Source: a virus (lineage: Duplodnaviria; Caudoviricetes). From it: DNA of 48,162 nucleotides. A program made the translations under genes and the position numbers. The notes under the pieces are model-generated. The model ran no database searches, was not told the DNA's origin, and saw only the letters and a list, made by a program, of their open reading frames with translations. Positions 18,318 through 26,873 of the stretch are shown here, one piece after another; the first letter of the stretch is position 1, and every line of letters starts with the position of its first letter. The stretch spans positions 1 to 48,162 of the IMG/VR virus record IMGVR_UViG_3300037440_000441, one strand, 5' to 3'.

Positions 18318-18497
18318 ATGACCGAGACAACCACACATGGCCTGGGCCAAGGCTGGTACGCCAACATGATGCGGACCGATGGCGCGGAGACAATGACAAT
18401 CCGCAATCCCGACAAAGGCATCAGGATCGATCTGCCTGCCGAGTCGGTCGCCTTGCTCAGGAACATTCTTGAGGGTAGCGAGCGTCTCATCCCCTAA
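18318..18497 (+). CDS. early hypothetical protein (59 aa)
   Basis: AGGAG RBS, MTETTTHGLGQGWY... Absent from the ORF track. Confidence 0.6.
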   Translation: MTETTTHGLGQGWYANMMRTDGAETMTIRNPDKGIRIDLPAESVALLRNILEGSERLIP

Positions 18498-18534
18498 CCG
18501 CCCACACCGTGAAGCGCGCGCCGGGATCCGCCGG

Positions 18535-18850
18535 CCGCGCCCGCACTGCCTGAAAACCCGCCCATAGGAGACGCTACAATGCGCATCACGCACATATCAG
18601 AATACCGCTACCACCATCACCTTCCTTCCGGCCGGCATGCATCGATCTATGGCGCCTGCCCCTGGCGCAGCGATGCCGAGAAAGCGCAATGGGAACTGCG
18701 CACGCGCGGCTGGACCTGGCATCTCAGCGACGGGACCGTCGGTCTCGGTCGCGTGCCAGCTGCAACCCGCGAGGAAGCGCAGCAGGTCATGGATAGCTTC
18801 AACGCACGGTGCAGCTGCCCGGCATAACCGCGCCCGCACTGCCTGAAAAC
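18535..18850 (+). repeat. 23-bp exact intergenic direct repeat (18535-18557, 18828-18850)
   Basis: CCGCGCCCGCACTGCCTGAAAAC occurs twice, each copy just upstream of an RBS. Confidence 0.9.
18579..18827 (+). CDS. early hypothetical protein
   Basis: 82 aa, AGGAG RBS, bracketed by the 23-bp repeats. Confidence 0.6.
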   Translation: MRITHISEYRYHHHLPSGRHASIYGACPWRSDAEKAQWELRTRGWTWHLSDGTVGLGRVPAATREEAQQVMDSFNARCSCPA

Positions 18851-18872
18851 TCGAACCTTGGAGGGACTACAA

Positions 18873-19697
18873 ATGCGCACGACAATCCACACATACAGAT
18901 TCGACGTAAACAACCCCGATGAAAAAGCAGCGTACGACGCTTTGCGCGCCAAACTGAGATCTGCCGGCCTGAAATGCTTCGAGACATGGGGCGGCGGATC
19001 TCACTACAAGCCGGACCTGGACGGCCGCGAGATCGAACTGGAAACGAAACACCTATTCAGCAACCAGTGGAACACCGCGCCAATCGACGGCATCAGCGAC
19101 AAAGGCTTGCGAGTTTTCGATTGGGCCCAGGACTACCAGATTGAAGCGAAATGGCTCAAGCGCGGCCATTGGCTCGAGCAAACGGCCGAGATGCGCGAGA
19201 TCCGCCGGAACACCAATAAGTGCGGCTATTGCGGCTCCCAGGAGCCGGCCGCAAAGGGTTATGTTTTCTGCCCGCACTGCCTCGATTCCGTTTATTTGGT
19301 GGCCAATATGCTGCACCTGACTCGCATGCTCCCTGTCGACGCAGAAACCGACCGCGCACCTCTGACCGAAGCGGAATCGGCGCATCTGCTGCCGCAGTAT
19401 CGCGCGGCGCAAACACAGAACACGGAAAAGCGGAACACTGCCGCGCGACGCGAAATAGAAAGCGAGTGCGCCAACATGAAGCGCCGAGCGCATACCAAAA
19501 GAGACGGGATGCTTTGGCTGCTGGATCACGGCTTCCCGACCGACAACGTGATCTATTACAGCACAGACCTGTTTTGCTTTGGCTGGCGATCGCCGATAGA
19601 CGCGGAGGTACTTTCCGCACTGCTGGACATCATCAGCGAATTCCCCTTCCCGTACGAAATCAAGTGCGCCGACGGCAGCACCTTGTCCGCAACGTAG
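18873..19697 (+). CDS. early hypothetical protein with CxxC...CxxC zinc finger
   Basis: GGAGG RBS, 'CGYCG...FCPHC'. Confidence 0.7.
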   Translation: MRTTIHTYRFDVNNPDEKAAYDALRAKLRSAGLKCFETWGGGSHYKPDLDGREIELETKHLFSNQWNTAPIDGISDKGLRVFDWAQDYQIEAKWLKRGHWLEQTAEMREIRRNTNKCGYCGSQEPAAKGYVFCPHCLDSVYLVANMLHLTRMLPVDAETDRAPLTEAESAHLLPQYRAAQTQNTEKRNTAARREIESECANMKRRAHTKRDGMLWLLDHGFPTDNVIYYSTDLFCFGWRSPIDAEVLSALLDIISEFPFPYEIKCADGSTLSAT

Positions 19698-19708
19698 GAT
19701 AATCAGCC

Positions 19709-19831
19709 ATGCGCCGACATACGATCAAAGCCCTGGCAGACGAAGCCTGCAAGGCGATGGTGTTCGCCCTGGCCATGTTCTGCTGGATCTTTCTAGCGGC
19801 ATCGTTCGCCGCGATCACGATGGGAGTCTGA
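19709..19831 (+). CDS. small membrane protein (40 aa)
   Basis: AGGA RBS, hydrophobic C-terminal half, fills the operon gap. Confidence 0.45.
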   Translation: MRRHTIKALADEACKAMVFALAMFCWIFLAASFAAITMGV

Positions 19832-19834
19832 TCA

Positions 19835-20320
19835 ATGGAACCGAAGAATCTGAAACGCTGGACCATGCCGGATCACTATTTCGGCGCCAAATGGCCAGAG
19901 TACTACTCATCTGGCGTCGGGCAAAGCCGTGACTCCGACTCGCTCGAGCGGTCAAACTTCACTTGCATGCTGCGCGCGCTCGGAGACGAGTCCGAAACCA
20001 TCATTGTAGTTCGCGAGAATCATTGGGCGGTCGGTTGGGCAGCATGGATCGCGATCCATGAATCCGACTCTCGGGCCCTGGCGATCGCTGATGACATTGT
20101 TGCCGGCCTGCAGGATTACCCTGTAATCGACGAGGGCCATTGGTCAGAGGTCGAGCACGAGGATGCGCAAGAAACCTGGACCAACTGCTTCAATGACCGG
20201 GAACGGCTCGGGTACATCAAGCGCAACCGATCGCAATTTGAATTCCACGATTACGCGGACCTGATCGGTTGCGTGCGCGGCCGCTATTTCGCCGGGTACG
20301 CGTCGGAGCTGCTGCGGTGA
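19835..20320 (+). CDS. early hypothetical protein
   Basis: 161 aa, 'RDSDSLERSNF...HWAVGW...LQDYPVIDE'. Confidence 0.7.
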   Translation: MEPKNLKRWTMPDHYFGAKWPEYYSSGVGQSRDSDSLERSNFTCMLRALGDESETIIVVRENHWAVGWAAWIAIHESDSRALAIADDIVAGLQDYPVIDEGHWSEVEHEDAQETWTNCFNDRERLGYIKRNRSQFEFHDYADLIGCVRGRYFAGYASELLR

Positions 20321-20642
20321 CCCGCATCGCCTGGACGGTCCTGCGACTGGCCGTGTTCCTGCTGCTGATCGCATCTTTCGCCAACGGACAAGGTTTTGTT
20401 TGACACGAAACGCGGATGCCGCCATTATCCGAATCGGAGCTTGACACCTCCGTTTGGCGGTATCCGCCCCCGAAAGCAAGGCGGCATTCTTGTGCCCAAT
20501 TGCGTCCCGGTTCGCCGGGATCGGCGGGAGGCCGGTAGCGGTAACGCCCGGGCCTGTCCAAACCAGGTGTCACCTCCCGTCGCCATCCGGCCTGACAGCC
20601 CTCTGGCGGCGCCCTTAAACGCCTGTTTGGAAGGCTGACGCA

Positions 20643-20867
20643 ATGACCCTGAGCAAACTGAAAACCATTCTCTGTGCCGCATATGACGGCCACCGCGAAC
20701 TGCACGAAGACCGGAGCGGGCCCTCATCGGTACGTTTTCGCTTCGATGGCGAAATAATCCGCGTGGACGGAGAGATCGATTTCGACACATATCGACGTAT
20801 CTGCGCCGCGCTGAGCGCTGGGCCAAGCGGACCTTTCGCGCGGTACTTGCTCCCGCCCGGCGAATAA
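20643..20867 (+). CDS. hypothetical protein
   Basis: 74 aa, GGAAGG RBS. Confidence 0.45.
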   Translation: MTLSKLKTILCAAYDGHRELHEDRSGPSSVRFRFDGEIIRVDGEIDFDTYRRICAALSAGPSGPFARYLLPPGE

Positions 20868-20930
20868 CCGCGGATTGATGCTTTACAAACCAGCCCTTCA
20901 ACCCGATATTCAGGGTTGGAGGGTTTTTCT

Positions 20931-21161
20931 ATGCTTACAATCCTGACCATCCTGGTTGCGATCGCAACCGCACCGCTGTGGATCCCCGTGGCTGCCCTGC
21001 TGATACACATCGCGCTCCGTCTCGGAATATTCATCATCGCCGCGGCATTGATATTCGGCACGATCAGCACTCTAACCAGTCCAGAGAAGGCGCCGCCCGC
21101 TAAAAGCTTTTCGACCACGGGCAACATCGTAATCGATCGGGAAGGTAACCGGATCCGGTAG
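20931..21161 (+). CDS. two-TM membrane protein
   Basis: GGAGG RBS and two long hydrophobic stretches. Confidence 0.55.
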   Translation: MLTILTILVAIATAPLWIPVAALLIHIALRLGIFIIAAALIFGTISTLTSPEKAPPAKSFSTTGNIVIDREGNRIR

Positions 21162-21179
21162 TCCGGTCGGCCGAGAGGT

Positions 21180-21435
21180 TTTTAGCGTTTTCCAAAATCT
21201 CCAAAATCATCCGGAAAAGGAATGCTTGGAAAACGGAAGCCCCTATATAGGGGGCTTTCCGAATTTTCCAGGGACCAAATCATGCGTTTTCCTTATTTTC
21301 CAAATTTTCCAAGCCAACCACAACCCATTGATCGCTATCGATAATCTGGATGAACCCAGCTTTTTCCAAGACTTTTCCATGGTTCCGAATCGTCTTTTCC
21401 AGAACCCTCTCCTGGAAAGGTCGTTTTTCCAGGAA
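21180..21435. other. putative replication origin (TTTTCC iteron-like repeats, AT-rich, hairpin)
   Basis: About ten TTTTCC(A) copies plus inverted GGAAAA copies, and an AAGCCCC-TATATAG-GGGGCTT hairpin, at the 3' end of the prim-pol/helicase gene. Confidence 0.5.
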
Positions 21436-23355
21436 TTCGCTCTTGCTTTCCCCCTCAAATTGACGTGTTTGCACCGTGCAGCTTTTACCTGTTGCATTTG
21501 TCCACACAGTCGCCACGGCGTCGAATAGGACGTCCATGTGTATTGGCCGGTCCCCGAACGGACCGCCGGTCTTCTCGGCCGCCAGGCGTGCCGCGGCCAG
21601 GGTTCTGCGCTGCCCGTCGTTGAGTGCTTCGACCGTTACGGTCCCTGGGCTCAGCAGCGCCACGACGCATGAGCGAATGGGATCTCCTTCGGTGTCGGCG
21701 CCTAGGTCAACCGCATCCAGCCGGAACCGCACCGGCGGCAGGGCGTCCATGTCCCGCTGCTTGTTGGCATGCACGGTGTTGTCCGCTATCTCAATCTCTG
21801 TGTCCGTGGCCGCACGGAGACCGGACCAGCCGCGGGCGCCTTTCGCCCTGTCCTTGCCCGAATGGTGGATGATCATGATGTGCGCGCCGACCCGGGCTCG
21901 GATGCGGTCCAGGTTCTTGATCAAAGCACCCATGTCCGTGCTCGAGTTCTCATCGCCACCGGACAGCGCGCGGGATAGTGTGTCGATCACGAGCAGCGAC
22001 ACCTCGCCGAGCGTCTCGATCTCCAGTATGAGCTCGTCGAGATCGGTTTTGCTGTTGAACAGATTGATGGGGTATCGAAGGATGTGCAGGTCGATGTCGG
22101 TGCCGCCTTTGGCTCTCTTGAGCGCCTCGCATCGCTTGGCGAAGCTGCGCCCGCCCTCGGCCACCACGTAGACCACCCTGCCCCGGTTGACGTGCCTGCG
22201 GTTCCACGCGACGCCGGCAGCGATGTGGTAGGCCATGTCGAGCGCCACGAACGTCTTGCCCGAATTAGATTCCCCGTACATCACGCTCATGGCCCCCTGG
22301 TCGAGCCAGCCCTTGATCAGCGGCGTCACGGGGTCCGCCAGTGCTTCCCATGCCACGTCGGCGAACGGCACCGACTGAAACCGTCGACTGGTCTGCCCAT
22401 CGGTAGCGCCTTCCCGCGTCCCCAGGCAGTTCGGGTTGACGAACGGCAGGACGTTGTCGAAGTCCGCTGCCGGACTGGCCACGCCAAACGGGTTCTGTGC
22501 GTAGCGATATGCGTTGGCGATCTTGCGTTCGAGCTCGTCGGCCGGCCACGATGGACTCACCTTTTCGGTCTCGTTCCAGTGCTCGGCGATCAGCGGGACC
22601 GCCGTACCCTCGGAAACTCCAAAGTCTCGCACCATGCACGCAACCCAGAAGGTTGTTTCGTCGCCGTGATTTCCCTGCGTCGCTTCGGGCGCCTCGTCCC
22701 TCAGCCACTCGATTGCGCGACGTATTGCCGCAGGGGCATCCAGATCAACCAATGCTGGCCTGTCGTCGCGATCGACTGCCGGTGCCCGCCCCTGGCAGCG
22801 CAGGCACCGTTCGATCATGTCGTCGGCCATCGGCTCGATCGGCGAATCGGCCGGCGTCAGCCACTCGTAGGTGAGACCGCCGATGGTCGATCCTGGCGCG
22901 ATCACATATCCGTGATAAGCACGCACATCGACCCCCGGCTCCAGTTTCTCGACGGTATTGCGCAGATCCACGTCCTCGGGCGCCGACAGATAGACGTGCA
23001 CGCCGCCGCTGGCCGTGCGGGCCCTGAGCGAGCCGACAGGCAGCGTGCCGATCATGTCCCACGCCTCGAGCGTGGCGAGACCGGCCTTGCCGTTCTTGCA
23101 GTCGAAATCGAGCACGACCAGTCCGCGGCCGGTGGCGATTCCGATGTTGTAGTGCTCAGGCTCGCCCAGCGCGTCAGACCAGTAGCGGGCGACAATCGCC
23201 GGATCATCAGACGCGCGCTCCGGCCATTTGTCCACCGCTGGCTTGCGTCCATCGACCACGAGCGGGAACACGCGAAAGCCTCGTTTCGCCAAGGATATGG
23301 CTACATTTCGCTTGTCATCTTGCGTGCTGGTGGCTACATTGGTTCTGGCGTTCAC
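21280..23355 (-). CDS. bifunctional primase-polymerase fused to AAA_25/RepA-like helicase
   Basis: 'NIGIATG..LVVLDFD', 'TASGGVHVY', 'GVDVR...GYVIAPGS'. Walker A 'GESNSGKT', 'LLVIDT', 'HHSGKD...RGWS'. Confidence 0.92.
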   Translation of the reverse strand: MNARTNVATSTQDDKRNVAISLAKRGFRVFPLVVDGRKPAVDKWPERASDDPAIVARYWSDALGEPEHYNIGIATGRGLVVLDFDCKNGKAGLATLEAWDMIGTLPVGSLRARTASGGVHVYLSAPEDVDLRNTVEKLEPGVDVRAYHGYVIAPGSTIGGLTYEWLTPADSPIEPMADDMIERCLRCQGRAPAVDRDDRPALVDLDAPAAIRRAIEWLRDEAPEATQGNHGDETTFWVACMVRDFGVSEGTAVPLIAEHWNETEKVSPSWPADELERKIANAYRYAQNPFGVASPAADFDNVLPFVNPNCLGTREGATDGQTSRRFQSVPFADVAWEALADPVTPLIKGWLDQGAMSVMYGESNSGKTFVALDMAYHIAAGVAWNRRHVNRGRVVYVVAEGGRSFAKRCEALKRAKGGTDIDLHILRYPINLFNSKTDLDELILEIETLGEVSLLVIDTLSRALSGGDENSSTDMGALIKNLDRIRARVGAHIMIIHHSGKDRAKGARGWSGLRAATDTEIEIADNTVHANKQRDMDALPPVRFRLDAVDLGADTEGDPIRSCVVALLSPGTVTVEALNDGQRRTLAAARLAAEKTGGPFGDRPIHMDVLFDAVATVWTNATGKSCTVQTRQFEGESKSEFLEKRPFQERVLEKTIRNHGKVLEKAGFIQIIDSDQWVVVGLENLENKENA

Positions 23356-23382
23356 GCGTCACTCTCCTAAAGGCCAACTTTG

Positions 23383-23413
23383 GCACCTTGTCGGTTGTAT
23401 TCCGACAAGGTGC
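23383..23413. promoter_or_regulatory. 12-bp inverted repeat upstream of the prim-pol gene (operator or RNA hairpin)
   Basis: GCACCTTGTCGG-N7-CCGACAAGGTGC. Confidence 0.55.
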
Positions 23414-23590
23414 TCATTTTCATGCTCAATGGGCGTGCGCGTCAAGCTTTGCGCGCCAGAGCCTCTCTGCGATAGTCCCTCACTGCCCGCGCCTCGCGCT
23501 CATAGACGCGGGCGTTGTGCGCCCCGGACAGGTAGTCGGTGAGCGCCTGTAGCTCGCGCATCTCGCGGTTGAAGGAGGCACGGGCGGGGG

Positions 23591-24187
23591 TCATGGCTGA
23601 CGCTCCCGGTTATGCTGCCGCAGACGGCATTCCCACCGCCTTTTTGGCTTTCCCATCACCTCCTGGTATTCGCGACTGTCGGATAGATGATCGTTTTTGC
23701 GCCAACCGGGCAGAACAGGCTTGGTATCGGCCGCGTGACACCATCCGGCCCCGCGAAGCGAAGCCCCGCTTTCATCCGTCAGCGTGTAGGAAACAATGAA
23801 ATCAAACCCCATGTGTCGGCAAACACGGGTGCACGCCCCATAGAGGAACGAGACGGCGTTCTTTGGGGCGCTATCGTCCACGCATGTGCGCAGAACCTCC
23901 GCTACGTGCCCATATTTTGCTTTGTCCATGTAGGTCGCTGACAAAGGGTTGCCGACGATAGCTACACCAACAACGCGGCCCCCGCACTCGCACGCGATGG
24001 CGAATTTGCCACCATCGCGTGATGTTCTCCCGTTGTGCCTATGGTGCGCCTGCACGAAGTCGTTAGCCGCGCGCAACGTGATCGGCTTGACCGTGAACTG
24101 GAGCGGAGAGGTCGGAATCGAACCGCCGTCTTCCCGTTGGTAGGGCTGCACTTCCATTGTGCTATCTCCGCGTTCGGCCGCAGTCAT
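23591..24187 (-). CDS. Mom-family / XF1762-like GNAT DNA-modification enzyme
   Basis: 'AANDFVQAHHRH...GVAIVGNP...EVLRTC...NAVSFLYGAC...MGF..IVSYT...ESGASLRGAGW...K.RW'. Start at 24187 (coupled ATGA) or 24157 (GGAG-N8-ATG). Confidence 0.75.
   Translation of the reverse strand: MTAAERGDSTMEVQPYQREDGGSIPTSPLQFTVKPITLRAANDFVQAHHRHNGRTSRDGGKFAIACECGGRVVGVAIVGNPLSATYMDKAKYGHVAEVLRTCVDDSAPKNAVSFLYGACTRVCRHMGFDFIVSYTLTDESGASLRGAGWCHAADTKPVLPGWRKNDHLSDSREYQEVMGKPKRRWECRLRQHNRERQP
24099..24171 (-). ncRNA. tRNA-Gly-like element embedded in the 5' end of the Mom-like gene
   Basis: GCGGAGA TA GCAC AATGGAA GTGC A GCCCTACCAACGGG AAGAC GGCGG TTCGATT CCGACC TCTCCGC T CCA. Perfect 7-bp acceptor, 4-bp D stem, T-loop, U73 and CCA. 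Anticodon arm shortened, T stem with a bulged A. Confidence 0.75.
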
Positions 24188-24528
24188 CTCTTCACCGGCT
24201 CTACGAGAGCGGCGCGACCGATGGCGAGAACGTCCGCTTCGCACTGACCACTTTCGGCGTCATCGAGGATCGTCGTAAGTGCATCCCTCAGTCCATCTAT
24301 CACCCGTGCCTGGGCTTCTAGGGCGGCGGCGGCTTTGTCCATAGCCTCGCAAAGCAGTTCCGGGTCGGCAACTCGTACATACCCGTCCTGCACGAACGTC
24401 GCGTTTGACGCTGCCCGCCGGAGACACGCAATGTCTTCGTTCAGCCACCCCACCAGTCCCTTGATGTCAGCCGGCAGGCCCTCGCACTGGCCTGTGGCAG
24501 GCTTGCCGCACTTAACGCAGATGCCCAT
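24184..24528 (-). CDS. hypothetical protein
   Basis: 114 aa, GGAGG RBS, coupled to the Mom-like gene. Confidence 0.6.
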   Translation of the reverse strand: MGICVKCGKPATGQCEGLPADIKGLVGWLNEDIACLRRAASNATFVQDGYVRVADPELLCEAMDKAAAALEAQARVIDGLRDALTTILDDAESGQCEADVLAIGRAALVEPVKR

Positions 24529-24591
24529 CGCTCTCGTCCTCCGTGTTCGTCGTAATGTGGCGGGTGTCGCCCGCCGCCGAGATACAAATGC

Positions 24592-24629
24592 AGATTACTC
24601 TTGCCAATCGAATCATGCAAGGCTAGTAT
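24592..24629. promoter_or_regulatory. overlapping divergent sigma70 promoters
   Basis: Plus TTGCCA(24601)-N17-TAGTAT. Minus TTGCAT(24620)-N17-TAATCT. Confidence 0.65.
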
Positions 24630-24637
24630 CTGCGTGC

Positions 24638-24838
24638 ATGACAACGAAGCCGACACTTTTAGACAAAGTCGAGATGGCCATGGACCTGACCGGCATGAGT
24701 GCGACCCGATTCGGCTACCTCGCCGTTGGCGATCCGGCCTTCGTACTCAAGCTGCGCCGCGGCCGCCAGTCGCGGCCCGGTACGGTCAAAAAGGTGACGG
24801 CGTTCTTGGACGAGGTGACAGCAGGAGGAGCGCGATGA
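24638..24838 (+). CDS. Cro-like HTH protein
   Basis: 66 aa, 'TGMSATRFGYLAVGDPAFVLKLRRGR'. First gene of the rightward arm. Confidence 0.75.
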   Translation: MTTKPTLLDKVEMAMDLTGMSATRFGYLAVGDPAFVLKLRRGRQSRPGTVKKVTAFLDEVTAGGAR

Positions 24839-25140
24839 ACGTGGTGCCGGGGGCGAGCATCGAATTCGATCCGGACAGCGAGCCAGAGCGCGAAGCGCTG
24901 GTGCTGTGGGACGATCTGGTAGGCGCCGGCGACCACGCCTACCGCAACCTGCGGGATCTCAAAGTGCCGCACCGCATGGCAAGCACGATGGTGGTCGCAC
25001 AGACTTTCAACGCCGCGTTCGCCGGCATGGAGCACATGTGCGGACAGGAAGGGCACCGGGCGGGCGAGGAATTCTGCCTCGCCTGGTGCAAGGAGCAATT
25101 CAGACTTTTTAAGGAGGGCTGTGGGGATGAACAGGGCTGA
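24835..25140 (+). CDS. hypothetical protein
   Basis: AGGAGG RBS, coupled start. Confidence 0.6.
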   Translation: MNVVPGASIEFDPDSEPEREALVLWDDLVGAGDHAYRNLRDLKVPHRMASTMVVAQTFNAAFAGMEHMCGQEGHRAGEEFCLAWCKEQFRLFKEGCGDEQG

Positions 25141-25609
25141 GATTCTTGACAAGGCGAAGGAAGCGGTCTCCGACCGCGAAGGCAAGTACGGACATCCGAG
25201 GGAGAACTTCGGTCGCATCGCGAGGCGGTGGAACGCCCACATCGACAATCGGTACGGCGGCAAGCCTTACAGTTTGGACGCAGACGACGTCGCCGCCATG
25301 CTGGTCGACGTGAAGCTCGCCCGCGCCGAGAGCGGTGTCTACCATCCGGACAACTTCATTGACGTCGCCGGCTACGCTGCTCTGGCCGCCGAGATTGGTG
25401 CTTCGGCTGTTCGCGACACCGAGACGGTGGTCGAGGTACGGGTCAACTACGAGGAAAAGCTCAAAAAATTTCTGCGCGAACGCGGCCCGCTGCCGGACGA
25501 CCACCGCGACACGTTCGCTTGCACATGCGACGCCAAGGACTTCAACGACATTCCCTTCATGGGGTGTCCGTTGGGGGATTACCTGACCGCTGGCGGGCTG
25601 GCGAAGTGA
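25127..25609 (+). CDS. DUF6378-like protein
   Basis: 'EIL..A...V.DR...YG.P..NF.RIA..W...DVA.ML..VKLAR...DN.ID.AGYA'. Confidence 0.8.
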   Translation: MNRAEILDKAKEAVSDREGKYGHPRENFGRIARRWNAHIDNRYGGKPYSLDADDVAAMLVDVKLARAESGVYHPDNFIDVAGYAALAAEIGASAVRDTETVVEVRVNYEEKLKKFLRERGPLPDDHRDTFACTCDAKDFNDIPFMGCPLGDYLTAGGLAK

Positions 25610-26070
25610 CTCTGCTCGCGCTCGACCTGGGCACGAATACAGGTTTCGCCTTGGCCCAATCCGAGGGCCACGGCGGCATGACGGTGGTCTCCGGCACGTG
25701 GAGCTTCAAGCCGGGCCGCTTCGAGGGCGGCGGTATGCGCTATCTGCGCTTCGCCGCCAAGCTCGACGAGATGCACGGCGCGGTCGGCATCTCCCAGGTA
25801 GCCTTCGAGGAGGTGCGCGCGCACAAGGGCTGCGACGCCGCGCACGTCTACGGCGGCCTGATGGGCCAGCTCACCGCATGGTGCGAGAAGAACGAGATCC
25901 CCTACGAGGGCATCCCGGTCGGCACCATCAAGAAGTTCGCGACCGGCAAGGGCAATGCCAACAAGACGGCGATGATCGAGGCGGTCGAGAAGTGGGGCTA
26001 TCACCCCGAGGACGACAACGAGGCCGACGCGCTGGCGCTGGCGCACTTTGTGAAGGAGCGGAAGTCATGA
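25606..26070 (+). CDS. RuvC-like Holliday junction resolvase
   Basis: 'LLALDLGTNTGFA', 'FEEV', 'IKKFATGKGNA.K', 'DDNEADA'. Confidence 0.85.
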   Translation: MTLLALDLGTNTGFALAQSEGHGGMTVVSGTWSFKPGRFEGGGMRYLRFAAKLDEMHGAVGISQVAFEEVRAHKGCDAAHVYGGLMGQLTAWCEKNEIPYEGIPVGTIKKFATGKGNANKTAMIEAVEKWGYHPEDDNEADALALAHFVKERKS

Positions 26071-26285
26071 CACACCAGGAGAAGATTGAGGCCCGACGCC
26101 GCTTCGGCGTTCCGGCGCTGGCGATCGCTCTGCTGACTCTGTCTGCATGGTTTGCGGCTCAGGTTGGACCCGCAGAGGATCTCTCGTTTTGGGAAGCGTG
26201 GCTCGGCACCTGCACGATAGTCACCTTGGTCACAGGCACCGTTTTCGCCATTGTCACGGCTGTCACCTGGTTCGAACTAGACTGA
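26067..26285 (+). CDS. two-TM membrane protein
   Basis: AGGAG RBS, two hydrophobic helices. Confidence 0.55.
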   Translation: MTHQEKIEARRRFGVPALAIALLTLSAWFAAQVGPAEDLSFWEAWLGTCTIVTLVTGTVFAIVTAVTWFELD

Positions 26286-26289
26286 TCCC

Positions 26290-26604
26290 GTGGCCAAAGC
26301 GAAGTCTAAGCCGACCAGGCGCAACCCCGACGACGCGCTGCAGGACGAAGCGATCAGCGCATGCGTGAAAGAGTTCGCCACGTGGCTGTCCGGCGCCAAG
26401 AGCCGCACGATTGGCTCGCTGACCAAGGAAGAGGCGACGAAGCTATGCACCGCGGTGGTGCATGCGTGGATCCGCAAGCGGGCCGAGCAGGCGCAGCGGC
26501 CGGAAGTGATGGCGAGAGACCTGGACAGTTTCATCCGGGTCGAGTTCGATGATCCGCTGCCGGACACGTTTGGGCCAGCCAAGAGCGCAGATGTTTTCGA
26601 CTGA
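26290..26604 (+). CDS. hypothetical protein
   Basis: 104 aa in a tightly packed operon. Confidence 0.6.
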   Translation: MAKAKSKPTRRNPDDALQDEAISACVKEFATWLSGAKSRTIGSLTKEEATKLCTAVVHAWIRKRAEQAQRPEVMARDLDSFIRVEFDDPLPDTFGPAKSADVFD

Positions 26605-26617
26605 GATGTATGAAATT

Positions 26618-26857
26618 ATGCCTGACGACGAGCGACAAGATTGGTTGGAAGAGGCGAAGCGGCTGCTCGCCGAGATCGGACCGCAGTATTCCGAGATCGC
26701 GCGCCGTGTCGGCCGGAGCCGCCAGCTGGTCCACTACCACCTGACCGGCGCCCGCAAGCAGCGCCGCCGGCTGACGCCCGAGCAGGCCATGCGCCGCCGC
26801 GTCTATGCGCGGGAATACGCCCGCCGCTACCGCGCCAAGAACCACCCATCCGACTGA
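26618..26857 (+). CDS. small HTH protein
   Basis: 'YSEIARRVGRSRQLVHYHL'. Confidence 0.6.
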   Translation: MPDDERQDWLEEAKRLLAEIGPQYSEIARRVGRSRQLVHYHLTGARKQRRRLTPEQAMRRRVYAREYARRYRAKNHPSD

Positions 26858-26873
26858 CCAAAAGGAGACACCG

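Noticed and set aside
18535-18850. Mini-CRISPR array
   Set aside because: Only two repeats, separated by 270 bp containing a gene.
24099-24171. Ordinary decoding tRNA, or a second att site
   Set aside because: The anticodon arm is too short and the T stem is bulged. It is full length with a self-complementary acceptor, lies inside a CDS and is far from the integrase.
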